Shown one piece after another: positions 38,934 to 48,427 of a stretch of 64,000 nucleotides of DNA (positions within the stretch are counted from its first letter, which is position 1; every line of letters starts with the position of its first letter). A program made the position numbers and the translations under genes. A model generated the notes under the pieces. The model ran no database searches, was not told the DNA's origin, and saw only the letters and a program-made list of their open reading frames with translations. Source of the stretch: Acetobacteraceae bacterium (GTDB lineage Bacteria > Pseudomonadota > Alphaproteobacteria > Acetobacterales > Acetobacteraceae); NCBI GenBank assembly GCA_965199105.1, contig CBDAQO010000002.1, positions 2,672,302-2,736,301 of the forward strand, read 5' to 3'.

Positions 38934-41149
38934 GCGCGATGGTGTCGCGGCGATGGCTGCTGGCGGGCAGTGGCGCGCTGGTGGTGGCGATGGACGCGCG
39001 GGCACAGGGGGTGGCGCCCGGGTCGTCGGGCGCGGCGCCGAAGCTGCCCGGCAGCCTGAAGGGCGAGCCGCGCTTGGCCGCCTGGGTGCAGGTGGCGCCG
39101 GACGGGGCGGTGACGGTGTTCACCGGCAAGGCCGAGCTGGGGCAGGGGATCCGCACGGCGCTGATCCAGGTGGCGGCCGAGCAGCTCTATCTGGCGCCGG
39201 GCAGCATCACGCTGGTGACGGCCGACACCGGGCGTACGCCGGACGAGGGCTACACCGCGGGCAGCCACTCGATGCAGGACAGCGGCACCGCGATCATGAC
39301 CGCGGCGGCCGAGGTGCGCGGCATCCTGGTGGACGCGGCGGCGACGCGGTTGGGGGTCGCGGCGGACGGCCTCACGCTGGGGGGCGGCCGGATTGCGGCG
39401 GCGGACGGGCGCAGCGTGGGCTATGGCGAGCTGATTGGCAGCTTGACGCCGGAGCGGCTGGCGCAACCCGGCGCGCCATTGAAAGACCCGGCGCATTACA
39501 CGGTGGTCGGAACCGCCGTCCCGCGAGTCGACATCCCGGCGAAGGTGACGGGCGGGGTGGCCTATGTGCAGGATTTGCGGCTGCCGGGCATGTTGCATGC
39601 GCGCACGGTGCAGCCGCCGCGCTACGGGGCCGTGCTGGCCCGGCTGGATGAGGCGCCGGTTGCCGCCATGCCGGGCGTGGTGAAGGTGGTGCGCGACGGC
39701 AGCTACCTTGGCGTGATCGCGCGCGGCGAGTGGCAGGCGATCACGGCGATGCGGGCGCTGGCCGCCGCGGCGGAATGGGAGGGCGGCGCGACCCTGCCCG
39801 ACCCGGCGACCATCTTCGACACCATCCAGGCGCTGCCGGCGCGCGACACGGTGATCCTGGATCGCCGGGCTGGGGCGGGGGCGGCAGTGCGCACGCTCCA
39901 GGCGCGCTACCTGCGGCCGTATGGGATGCATGGCGCGATCGGGCCGTCCTGCGCGGTGGCGTTGCTGCAGGATGGGACGATGACGGTCTGGACGCACACC
40001 CAGGGTGTGTTCCCCGACCGTGCGGCGTTGGCGGAACTGCTGCAGATGCCGCTCGACCAGGTGCGCTGCATCCATGCCGAGGGGGCGGGCTGCTACGGGC
40101 ACAATGGCGCGGACGATGCGGCGGCGGATGCGGCGTTGCTGGCGCGGACGGTGCCGGGGAGCCCGGTTCGGGTGCAGTGGATGCGCGAGCAGGAGAACAC
40201 GTGGGAGCCGTTCACCCCGGCGATGATCACCGAGGTGGAAGCGTCGCTGGATGCGGGCGGGCGGATCGTGGATTGGCAGTACGGGGTGTGGAGCAATACG
40301 CACAACATGCGGCCGGGCAATGCGGGGCGGTTTGCCTCGAGCTGGTCGCTGGCCACGCCGTTGCAGCCATTGCCGCCGATGCCGATCCCGCAACCCGAGG
40401 GCGGCGGCGACCGCAACGGCATCCCGCTGTATGACCTGCCGCAGGCGCGGGTGGTGTCGCACTTCATCCCCGCGATGCCGCTGCGGGTGTCGGCGATGCG
40501 GGGCTTGGGCGCCTACGCCAACGTGTTCAGCATCGAGAGCTTCATGGACGAGCTGGCGCTGGCGGCGGGCGCCGACCCGGTGGCGTTCCGCCTGGCGCAC
40601 CTGACGGACGCGCGGGCGTGCGACGTGGTGGGCACGGCAGCGCGGGAGTTTGGCTGGGAGGCGGCCAAGACGCTGCCGCCGGGTCACGGGCGGGGGTTCG
40701 CGTTCGCGCGGTATAAGAACCTGGGCGCCTATGCCGCGGTGGCGCTCGAGGTTGCGGTAGAGCATGAGACGGGGCGCGTGCGGGTGGTGCGGGCGCATTG
40801 CGCGGTGGATGCCGGGCAGGCGGTGAGCCCGGACGGCATCCGCAACCAGATTGCGGGCGGTCTGCTGCAATCGAGCAGTTGGACGATCTACGAGGCGGTG
40901 GGGTTCGAGCCGGCGGGCATCACCAGCCGGGACTGGAGCGGCTACCCGATCCTACGCTTCCCCGCCGTCCCCGACAGCGTGGTGGTGCATGTGATCGACC
41001 GTCCGGACATGCCGTTCCTCGGCACGGGGGAGGCGGCGCAGGGGCCGACGGCGGCGGCGATTGCGAATGGGCTGGCTGATGCGGCTGGGGTGAGGGTGCG
41101 GGAGTTGCCGTTGAGCATGGCGCGGGTGAAGGAGGCGATTGGGGTTTAG
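38930..41149 (+). CDS. Molybdopterin-binding large subunit (IorB/aldehyde oxidoreductase type), Tat-exported
   Basis: MSAMVSRRWLLAGSGALVVAMDARAQG is a twin-arginine signal. The body is a xanthine-dehydrogenase-family Moco domain. The ATG overlaps the upstream stop (ATGA). Confidence 0.85.
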   Translation: MSAMVSRRWLLAGSGALVVAMDARAQGVAPGSSGAAPKLPGSLKGEPRLAAWVQVAPDGAVTVFTGKAELGQGIRTALIQVAAEQLYLAPGSITLVTADTGRTPDEGYTAGSHSMQDSGTAIMTAAAEVRGILVDAAATRLGVAADGLTLGGGRIAAADGRSVGYGELIGSLTPERLAQPGAPLKDPAHYTVVGTAVPRVDIPAKVTGGVAYVQDLRLPGMLHARTVQPPRYGAVLARLDEAPVAAMPGVVKVVRDGSYLGVIARGEWQAITAMRALAAAAEWEGGATLPDPATIFDTIQALPARDTVILDRRAGAGAAVRTLQARYLRPYGMHGAIGPSCAVALLQDGTMTVWTHTQGVFPDRAALAELLQMPLDQVRCIHAEGAGCYGHNGADDAAADAALLARTVPGSPVRVQWMREQENTWEPFTPAMITEVEASLDAGGRIVDWQYGVWSNTHNMRPGNAGRFASSWSLATPLQPLPPMPIPQPEGGGDRNGIPLYDLPQARVVSHFIPAMPLRVSAMRGLGAYANVFSIESFMDELALAAGADPVAFRLAHLTDARACDVVGTAAREFGWEAAKTLPPGHGRGFAFARYKNLGAYAAVALEVAVEHETGRVRVVRAHCAVDAGQAVSPDGIRNQIAGGLLQSSSWTIYEAVGFEPAGITSRDWSGYPILRFPAVPDSVVVHVIDRPDMPFLGTGEAAQGPTAAAIANGLADAAGVRVRELPLSMARVKEAIGV

Positions 41150-41377
41150 GGTGGGGGCTGAGCGGGGGTGGCCGTGGCGGTGTTGGATCGTCCGGAAGCT
41201 ACGGTGCAAACTCGACTGATCTGGCCGGGTCTGGTGGGAAGCGGACTCTTCCACGGCTAGCGTCACTGCCGGGGATCTCCCCGCTGACAACCTATCCATG
41301 GTGCAACCGACATGATCTATGCAGTGACTACAGCTAAGAACCGGGCCAGGGTGATACGAGGATTGTGGCCGTGGTGC

Positions 41378-41788
41378 TCACATCCCTTCTGATCTGGCGC
41401 CGAGGGAGGTTGGGTATTTGGGTAAAACGTCCTCGATGTGGTTCCAGCCCACCTTCTCGCTGACCCAGACGTGGCACGACGGGACTACCGATCCCGGGTC
41501 ATCGAGACTGCAAATCATGACATCAATCCGGTTCGGAGCGTCTTCCGAACTATAGGTCAGGGGCGAGCCGCACGTATCGCAGAATGTCCGCGTCACGTGG
41601 GGCGAGGAGGCATACTCGCGCGGCTGTCCTTTGCTGAAGCCGAACTGGCCGACTGGGAACACGGCATAGGGCAAGCTCAGCGCGGACGCAGCCCGGCGGC
41701 AAGTTTCGCAATGGCAGATGCCGCTCCTATCCGGTTCGCCGTCGACCCGGTAACGCACGGCCCCGCACAGACACCCGCCCTCACGCAT
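41378..41788 (-). CDS. GFA (glutathione-dependent formaldehyde-activating / CENP-V) family protein
   Basis: MREGGCLCGAVRYRV...GICHCETCRR... shows the Zn-Cys pattern of the GFA domain. Confidence 0.85.
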   Translation of the reverse strand: MREGGCLCGAVRYRVDGEPDRSGICHCETCRRAASALSLPYAVFPVGQFGFSKGQPREYASSPHVTRTFCDTCGSPLTYSSEDAPNRIDVMICSLDDPGSVVPSCHVWVSEKVGWNHIEDVLPKYPTSLGARSEGM

Positions 41789-41965
41789 CGTCGCCGTCCC
41801 CAGGCACAGTGTCGAACCGCTTCACGAAGAAGACCCGGTCGTGGCCGGGTGGATAGCCGGTGATACGGCCGCATTCCGTGAAGCCGAGCTTGAGGTAGAA
41901 GCCGAGCGCCTGTTGGTTTCCAGGGCCACTGACCATTGGCTGCCCGTCATGTCCTTCCGCTTCCT
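41781..41965 (-). pseudogene. C-terminal remnant of a GNAT acetyltransferase
   Basis: The tail of track ORF 41781..42419 reads ...GPGNQQALGFYLKLGFTECGRI...VFFVKRF (GNAT motif B and C-terminus). Further upstream this frame runs through the lysE CDS and has no GNAT N-terminal half. Confidence 0.4.
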
Positions 41966-42574
41966 TCAGCCGGCGACCATGGGCAGCAACGATAGCACCA
42001 GCAACAGCGCCATGACGCTGTTGAAGGCGCGCACCCGGCCTGGCTGCGACAGCCAGGGCCGCAGCGCCGTGCCGAAACCGGCCCACACGCAGATGCTCGG
42101 CACGTTCACCAGGCCGAGCAGCAGCGCGAGTACAACCACGCCGCGGCCGAAATCCTCGCGGGGCGCATAGGTGCTGGCCGCACCCACGACCATGATCCAG
42201 GCCTTCGGGTTGACCCACTGGAATGCTGCTGCTTGCCAGAAGGTCAACGGTCGTCCGCAGGCCTCGGCATGGTGCTTGATCGTTCCGGCCGTCGCGATCT
42301 TCCACGCCAACCACAGCAGGTAGGCGGCTCCGGCCCAGCGTAGCACACCGTAAAGCCAGGGAACTGCAGCGAAGGCCTGCCCCAGCCCGACCCCGACCAG
42401 GAGCAGCATGAACATGCAACCCAAGCTGATGCCGGCGATATGCGGCACCGTGCGCCGGAAGCCGTAGTTGACACCAGACGCCAGCAGCATCGTGTTGTTC
42501 GGCCCTGGCGTGATCGAGCTGACGAACGCGAACCCCGCGAACGCCAGCAGCGGCGTGGGCGTCAAACGAGCCAC
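41966..42574 (-). CDS. LysE/RhtB family amino-acid exporter
   Basis: MARLTPTPLLAFAGFAFVSSITPGPNNTMLLASGVNYGFRRTVPHIAGISLG... is the canonical LysE-type N-terminus. 202 aa. Confidence 0.9.
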   Translation of the reverse strand: MARLTPTPLLAFAGFAFVSSITPGPNNTMLLASGVNYGFRRTVPHIAGISLGCMFMLLLVGVGLGQAFAAVPWLYGVLRWAGAAYLLWLAWKIATAGTIKHHAEACGRPLTFWQAAAFQWVNPKAWIMVVGAASTYAPREDFGRGVVVLALLLGLVNVPSICVWAGFGTALRPWLSQPGRVRAFNSVMALLLVLSLLPMVAG

Positions 42575-42628
42575 TCGCGAAGCAGTTGCGTTACACGGAA
42601 CGGAGCAGTAGCGTTATCGTATGTTCTC

Positions 42629-44052
42629 ATGAAAACAGATAACAGCACTGTCCGTGTTTCACAACACCTGCGACGCCTTGCGGACGCGCAGGCACCAGGC
42701 TCGCGCCTGCCGTCCGTGCGGACACTGATGGCGGAGCTGCGGGTCAGCCCCGTTACCGTGCAGCGCGTGCTGGACGCGCTCACCCGCGACGGTGTGTTGG
42801 ACGCGCGCCCCGGCCAGGGCACTTTCGTCGCTACCCGGCATGCTGAGGATGGCGACCAGGGACGCCCGTCCGACCTCGCCTGGCAAAGCTTGGCGCTCGG
42901 ACCGCCCCGGGCGACGGCAGGCGGACTGGACAGCCTATGCCTGGTTCCCTCCGACCAGGCCCGTCCCTTGAACGTCGGCTATCTGCCGGCGGCGTCACAG
43001 CCCACGACGTTACTCACTGCGGCCTCGGCGCGCGCGATGCGGCGGCCGGGTGTTTGGGGTCGGATGCCGCCCGAGGGCCTGCCAGCGCTGCGGGCCTGGT
43101 TCGCCGCCGCGGTGCCGGGCGCCTACGGGCCGCATGAGGTGACAATCTGTCCCGGCACCCAGGCTGCCATTGCTGCGGCCTCCCGGGCGCTGGCCGCCCC
43201 AGGCGACCCCGTGCTGGTGGAAAGTCCGACCTATGTCGGCGCCTTGGCGGCCGCGCAGGCTGCGGGGTGCGTGTTGTCCCAGTGCCGACGGACGAGGACG
43301 GCGTCCGGCCGGAGGCACTGGCCGAGGCGTTCACACGCACGGGGGCCAAGCTGTTCTACTGCCAGCCCACCTACGCTAACCCGACCGGAGCGGTGCTGGC
43401 TGCTGATCGCCGGACCGCCGTGCTGGCCGCGACCGCAAGAGCTGGTGCCTTTTTGATTGAAGACGATTGGGCGCGAGATTTCGCCTTGGATGGTGAGGCT
43501 CCGCCACCGCTAGCGCCCGAGGACCCGGACGGGCACGTGGTCTATGTGCGCTCGCTCACCAAGTGCGCGGCACCGGGCCTACGCGTTGGTGCCATCTGCG
43601 CCCGAGGTGCAGCGCTGCAGCGGCTGCGGGCGGCGCGGTTGGTGGACGACTTCTTTGTGCCGGGCCTGCTGCAAGAGACGGCGCTGCAACTCATCACTGC
43701 CTCAAGCTGGTCGCGGCACCTGAGAGTGTTGCGAGCAGCATTGCGGGAGCGGCGCAATACTCTGGCGGCTGCGCTGCAACGGCACCTCGGCCCCGCTTGC
43801 CTGTCCCGCCTGCCGGCGGGCGGGCTGCACCTATGGGTAGCGTTGCCGGCGGGCGTGCGGGATTACGAGGTCGAGGGCCGGGCGGCGGCGCGTGGCATAT
43901 TGGTCAGTGCCGGGCACCACTGGCACCCGGCCGAGCCTGCTGCGCCATACTTACGCCTCAGCTTTGCGGGCGTGCAATCGGAGTGGGTCGACGGCTGCAT
44001 CGCCGAGCTGGCCGAAATCGTAGGAGAGGTGGTGCTGGCACAGGCGAAATAA
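42629..44052 (+). pseudogene. MocR-like GntR/aminotransferase-fold regulator, interrupted by a frameshift near 43264-43267
   Basis: wHTH ...LPSVRTLMAELRVSPVTVQRVLDALTRDGVL... with the first half of the aminotransferase fold in frame 2 (to 43456). The rest (...VPVPTDEDG..., PLP-Lys motif YVRSLTKCAAPG) continues in frame 1 from 43267. The junction is at a GGGG run. Confidence 0.7.
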
Positions 44053-44083
44053 CGAAATGCCCCTTGCGGCACCGCAGCCTGCG

Positions 44084-44479
44084 TCAGTCGTGGACGACTG
44101 CCGTTACCTCGATTTCGACCCATGCAGTGTTCGGCGTCAATGCGACAACTTGGACCAGCGTGCTTGCTGGACCAATACTGCCGACCGCTTCTCCATGCGC
44201 CTTTGTGACTGAATCCTGAAACGACAAATCAGTCACGTAGACGACTGTTCGTACTACATGGCGCATCTCCGCGCCGGCTTCCGCCAAAACCGCTTCTATC
44301 AAGCCGAGAATTGCACACGCTTGGACGTACGCATCCCCCTGAAGGGCTTCGCCCCGGGCAGTCGTACCTGAAACGTAGACGTGATCCCCAACCCGGACGG
44401 CCCGCGAGTAACCATAGATTTTCTCGAGTGCGTAGCCCGACCCGAAGTTGTGACGTGTCATCGTTGCCTCCACGGGCAA
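44084..44479 (-). CDS. RidA/YjgF family protein
   Basis: ...YSRAVRVGDHVYVSGTTA...VVRTVVYVTD... shows the YjgF/RidA fold pattern. 131 aa. Confidence 0.8.
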   Translation of the reverse strand: MPVEATMTRHNFGSGYALEKIYGYSRAVRVGDHVYVSGTTARGEALQGDAYVQACAILGLIEAVLAEAGAEMRHVVRTVVYVTDLSFQDSVTKAHGEAVGSIGPASTLVQVVALTPNTAWVEIEVTAVVHD

Positions 44480-44810
44480 TTGATCACACAGCGCCCAGAC
44501 CGCTTTGTGTCGAAAGAGGACCTAATCAACTTCGCCCCCAGCTTCGTCTAGTATCAACAATTCACGGCTCGAATGCCCTACCAGCACCATCGCGGGCTAC
44601 TGAACAGATTTGCTACTAATTTGCGGCGGGAGTTCGCCCGGATGCTCGAGCAGACTCTGGACCTGGGCGGGGCTGAGTGGTTTGCAGCCGTTGCGGCAAG
44701 TGGGGGTTGGGCCGCTGTGGGAGTTGCCTCGGGTCGAGGCTGGATACGGCGGCAGGAGCGGCAGGGCGGCGATGGCCATGTGGAGCCATCGCGCTGGCCG
44801 GCGTGCGGCG

Positions 44811-46187
44811 CTACTCGGCGGCTTGGGCAACGCCAGCTTCCCGGGTGCGGGTGCGTAGGGTGACCCATTCTTCGGCGCCGGTGGGGTGGATGCCGATGGT
44901 GCGGTCGAAATCGGCCTTGGTGGCGCCCGCGGTCACGGCGATGGCGATGCCCTGCATCATCTCGGGGGCGTCGTCGCCGAGCATGTGGGCGCCGACGACG
45001 CGCTGGGTGGACTGCTCCACCACCAGCTTCATGGTGGTCTGCGCGTGGCGGCCGGTCATGGTGTGGCGCATGGGGGTGAAGCGGGCGACGTAGATGTCGA
45101 CCGGGTAGCGGGTGGCGGCGACCTCCTCGCTCAGGCCGACCGTGGCGATGGGGGGGTGGCTGAACACGGCGGTGGCGACGGTGTCGAAGTTCCAATTGCG
45201 CGGCTGCTGCGACCCGAACAGGCGGTCGGCCAGCATGTGGCCCTCAGCGATGGCGACTGGGGTGAGGTTCATTTTGTTCGAGACGTCGCCCAGGGCGTAG
45301 ATATGCGGCTGGTTGGTCTGGCCGTGGGCGTCCACGATCACGGCGCCGTTGGCGGCGGTGGTGACGCCCGCTTCGGCCAGGCCGAGCGACCGGGTGTTGG
45401 GGCCGCGGCCCACGGCCCAGAACAGCAGGTCGGTGCGGCGGATGGTGCCGTCCTTCAGGTGGACGCGGTAGCCGTCGCCGTCCCGCTCCACCCGGACCGG
45501 CTCGGTGCCGCAATGCAGGCGCACGCCCTGGGCGGACAGGGCTTCGGCGAGGGCGGCACGCAGGTCGCCGTCGAAGCCGCGCAGGGGCAGGGGGGGGCGG
45601 CAGACCAGCTCGACCTCGGCGCCGAGCCCGGCAAAGACGCCGGCGAACTCGACCGCGATGTAGCCGGCGCCGACCAGCATCACGTGCTTGGGCAGGGCGG
45701 GCAGGTGGAACGCCTGGTCCGAGACGATGCCGAGGTCGCCGCCCGGGATGTCCGGCCGCAGCGGGTGGCCGCCGACCGCGACCACGATGCGCTCGGCGGT
45801 GATGCGCTGGCCGCCCACGTCCAGCGTGTGCGGGTCGACGAAGCGGGCGTGGGCGTCGAACAGGGTGCAGCCGGCGCTGGTGAGCAGGCGGACGTAGATG
45901 GCGTTCAGCCGGCTTATTTCGGCGTCCTTCTTGGCGATGAAGGCGGCCCAGTCGTGGATGCCGGGTTGCGTGTCCCAGCCGAAGCCGCGGCTGTCGGCCA
46001 CGGCGATGCCGTAGTCGGCGGCCATCACCATCAGCTTCTTGGGCACGCAGCCGACATTGACGCAGGTGCCGCCCCAGTGGGTGCTTTCGGCGACCCCGAC
46101 GCGGGCGCCATGGGTGGCGGCGATGCGGGCGCAGCGCACGCCGCCGGAGCCGCCGCCGATGACGAACAGGTCGAAATCATATGCCAT
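44811..46187 (-). CDS. gor: Glutathione-disulfide reductase
   Basis: MAYDFDLFVIGGGSGGVRCARIAA...GGTCVNVGCVPKKLM (redox-active disulfide). C-terminal dimerisation domain with HPTGAEE. Confidence 0.9.
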   Translation of the reverse strand: MAYDFDLFVIGGGSGGVRCARIAATHGARVGVAESTHWGGTCVNVGCVPKKLMVMAADYGIAVADSRGFGWDTQPGIHDWAAFIAKKDAEISRLNAIYVRLLTSAGCTLFDAHARFVDPHTLDVGGQRITAERIVVAVGGHPLRPDIPGGDLGIVSDQAFHLPALPKHVMLVGAGYIAVEFAGVFAGLGAEVELVCRPPLPLRGFDGDLRAALAEALSAQGVRLHCGTEPVRVERDGDGYRVHLKDGTIRRTDLLFWAVGRGPNTRSLGLAEAGVTTAANGAVIVDAHGQTNQPHIYALGDVSNKMNLTPVAIAEGHMLADRLFGSQQPRNWNFDTVATAVFSHPPIATVGLSEEVAATRYPVDIYVARFTPMRHTMTGRHAQTTMKLVVEQSTQRVVGAHMLGDDAPEMMQGIAIAVTAGATKADFDRTIGIHPTGAEEWVTLRTRTREAGVAQAAE

Positions 46188-46268
46188 GGAAGCGCCCCTT
46201 TGCTGCCCGCCTGCAGATGGGCCGGAGGATGCCAGATGTTAGCCGGGCAATGCCAATGGCCGGGGGTT

Positions 46269-47018
46269 TCAGCCGAGCAGGCTCCAGGCCGGGGGTGGGC
46301 CGGCGGCGGCCATTGCGTCCCAGCCGAACTGAAGCAGGGGCAGGACGGCCTCGGTGGCGTCGAGGATGCGGCCGACCAGGGCGGCGCTGGCCACGTCGCG
46401 CTTCAGCAGGGGGCGGCTGAACACCAAATGGCGGGTCTTGATGGCGGCGGTCAACGCCGGGTCGGTGACGTCCTCGAAGCCGCGGGGCATGCGGGTGAGG
46501 CTGTCTCTGGTGTCGAGCGCGAGGCTGGCGGCGGCGGCGGCGGCGACTGCCTCGAGGTAGGCGTCGGGTTGGTCGCGGATAGCGGCACGGATGGCGTCCA
46601 ATTGGGGCCGTTCGACCTCCCAGAACCCGGCGCCGAGGAAGCAGCCGCCGTCTGCGATGTGCAGGTAGATGACGCCGCCGCTTTCCTTCTTGAAGCCGGG
46701 GCGCATCCAGATGCAGGCGGTGTAGGTCTTGTAGGGCGTCTTGTCCTTGCTGAAGCGGACGTCGCGGTGGATGCGGAAGGTCGAGCGCTTCGCGCTGCCA
46801 GTGAGGGGCAGTTCGCGGCGGGAGAGCTCGGCGGCGACGTCTTCCGCCAGGGCCATGCAGGGGCCCAGCACCTCGCGCTCGTAGACGGGGCGGTTGGCCT
46901 CGAACCAGGGCTTGGACTGGTTGGCGGCGAGGTCGCGGAAGAAGGCGAAGGTGGCGGGGCGGAAGCCGTCGAAGGCGGGTGGGACGGCACGCTTGGTCGC
47001 GGCCGCGCTGCGTCCCAC
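46269..47018 (-). CDS. DUF2461 (TIGR02453) family protein
   Basis: ...FFRDLAANQSKPWFEANRPVYEREV... and ...FRIHRDVRFSKDKTPYKT... match the family pattern. Confidence 0.75.
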   Translation of the reverse strand: MGRSAAATKRAVPPAFDGFRPATFAFFRDLAANQSKPWFEANRPVYEREVLGPCMALAEDVAAELSRRELPLTGSAKRSTFRIHRDVRFSKDKTPYKTYTACIWMRPGFKKESGGVIYLHIADGGCFLGAGFWEVERPQLDAIRAAIRDQPDAYLEAVAAAAAASLALDTRDSLTRMPRGFEDVTDPALTAAIKTRHLVFSRPLLKRDVASAALVGRILDATEAVLPLLQFGWDAMAAAGPPPAWSLLG

Positions 47019-47033
47019 CCGATCGGCCTGGGG

Positions 47034-47375
47034 TTATGCAGCGGCCTGGTGCGGGACGCCCTTCTCGGTGAGCAGCGCCTCGAGTTCGCCGGACTGGAAC
47101 ATCTCGGTCACGATGTCGCAGCCGCCGACGAACTCGCCGTCGACGTAGAGCTGCGGGATGGTGGGCCATTGCGAAAAGGCCTTGATGCCGTCGCGCAGGG
47201 CGGCGTCTTCCAGCACGTTGGCGGTTTGGAACGGCACGGCCATGTGGCTGAGGATCTGCACCACGCGGGCGGAGAAGCCGCATTGCGGGAACATCGCGGT
47301 ACCCTTCATGAAGAGCATGACGCGGTTGGTGGTGATGTCGGCCTTGATGCGGTCGGCTGCGGCGGTGTCGCTCAT
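47034..47375 (-). CDS. grxD: Monothiol glutaredoxin (Grx4 family)
   Basis: ...VMLFMKGTAMFPQCGFSARVVQIL... (CGFS active site) and ...WPTIPQLYVDGEFVGGCDI... Confidence 0.95.
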   Translation of the reverse strand: MSDTAAADRIKADITTNRVMLFMKGTAMFPQCGFSARVVQILSHMAVPFQTANVLEDAALRDGIKAFSQWPTIPQLYVDGEFVGGCDIVTEMFQSGELEALLTEKGVPHQAAA

Positions 47376-47390
47376 CGGCGTGGGCTCCGG

Positions 47391-47621
47391 TTACGGGGGA
47401 GAGGTTTGCAGGGCCAGGGCGTGCAGCTCGCCGCCCATACGTCCCTGCAGGGCGGCATAGACGAGCTGGTGCTGCTTGACCCGGGACAGGCCACGGAACG
47501 CCTCGCTGGTAACGGTGGCCGCGTAATGGTCGCCGTCGCCGGCCAGGTCCTCGACCGTGACCGTGGCATCGGGCAGCGCTGCGCGGATCATGGTCTCGAT
47601 GTCACTGGCGGCCATACCCAT
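47391..47621 (-). CDS. bolA: BolA family protein
   Basis: MGMAASDIETMIRAALPDATVTVEDLAGDGDHYAATVTSEAFRGLSRVKQHQLVY... Start taken at the internal Met of the track ORF. Adjacent to grxD, the known partner. Confidence 0.85.
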   Translation of the reverse strand: MGMAASDIETMIRAALPDATVTVEDLAGDGDHYAATVTSEAFRGLSRVKQHQLVYAALQGRMGGELHALALQTSPP

Positions 47622-47796
47622 GGCGTCAAAACTCTCGTGGTTGGACAAGGATATGGTCAGGGCGCGGTGCAGTGTCAAACCTGGCGGCGCGGCGCGGTGT
47701 TTGGCCGGCCCGGCCGGCGATGGGTGGTCGCAAGAAAGTGGTGGAACGCGGCAGGGTTCCGGGCGAGGATGGGTTGACTGCTTAGGCCCCGTGACC

Positions 47797-48357
47797 ATGC
47801 GAAAGCTGATCGTCCTGCCGATTTGTCTCGCGGCCTACCTCGCTTGGCCCTGCGTGACGCTCTACCGCCTGAACACGGCGCTCCAGCACCGGGATTTGGC
47901 TGCGCTTGCGGCCGGCGTCGACTGGGATTCGGTGCGCGAGGGGCTGAAGGAGGACATCGCCGACGGGATCATGGGGGACGATGCGGGCGCGATGCAGCAG
48001 GCCACCGACGCGTTGCCGCCGTTTGGCGCCGGCTTCGTCCGGGGCATGGCGGGCAATGCGGTGGACCGGATGGTCACGCCCGAGCGCTTGGTGGCCGGGG
48101 TGCATCAGTCGGGGCAGATGGCGGGGGTGTGGTCGATGCGGGCGTGGTTCGACAGCCCGACGCGGTTCGAGGTGAGCATGCCGCCGCCCGGGTCGAGCGC
48201 AGATGCCGGCGCGATGCAGCTGCAGATGGACCTGGTTCGCAACGGGTGGGGCTTCGCCTGGCAGGTGACCCGGGCCTACGTTCCGCCAGCGATGTTCACC
48301 CGGCTGCAGGGCGGCGACACGGCGGCGTCGGGGCAGAAGGTGTTTGCCGGGCCGTAG
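47797..48357 (+). CDS. DUF2939-like membrane-anchored protein
   Basis: MRKLIVLPICLAAYLAWPCVTLYRLNTALQHRDLAALAAGVDWDSVREGLKEDI... Family call is from memory. Confidence 0.55.
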   Translation: MRKLIVLPICLAAYLAWPCVTLYRLNTALQHRDLAALAAGVDWDSVREGLKEDIADGIMGDDAGAMQQATDALPPFGAGFVRGMAGNAVDRMVTPERLVAGVHQSGQMAGVWSMRAWFDSPTRFEVSMPPPGSSADAGAMQLQMDLVRNGWGFAWQVTRAYVPPAMFTRLQGGDTAASGQKVFAGP

Positions 48358-48427
48358 CCTGCTACCCGCACAGGCCTGCGTGGGCGAGGGCTTCCAGGAC
48401 GACACCGTGCCGGCTGCGACAGGGCGG

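Noticed and set aside
41781-42419. The 212-aa track ORF as an intact gene.
   Set aside because: Its N-terminal two-thirds overlap the well-supported lysE CDS in another frame and look like off-frame translation. Only the last ~60 residues resemble a GNAT C-terminus.
43264-43267. Programmed ribosomal frameshift in the MocR-like regulator.
   Set aside because: There is no slippery heptamer or downstream structure, only a GGGG run. A 1-nt deletion (pseudogene) or a homopolymer sequencing error is the simpler explanation.
44597-44700. Possible integrase or recombinase remnant in the ridA-gor gap (minus-strand peptide ..CKPLSPAQVQSLLEHPGE..).
   Set aside because: Only a ~15-aa resemblance to the 'LSPxEVxxLL' segment of tyrosine recombinases, followed quickly by a stop. 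This is too short to support a call without a database search.
36569-44810. tRNA, rRNA or small RNA genes in the larger intergenic gaps (36569-36790, 41150-41377, 44480-44810).
   Set aside because: No cloverleaf-compatible segment (acceptor stem with T-loop GTTCNANNC) or rRNA-like sequence was recognised by eye. This cannot be excluded without tRNAscan or Infernal.
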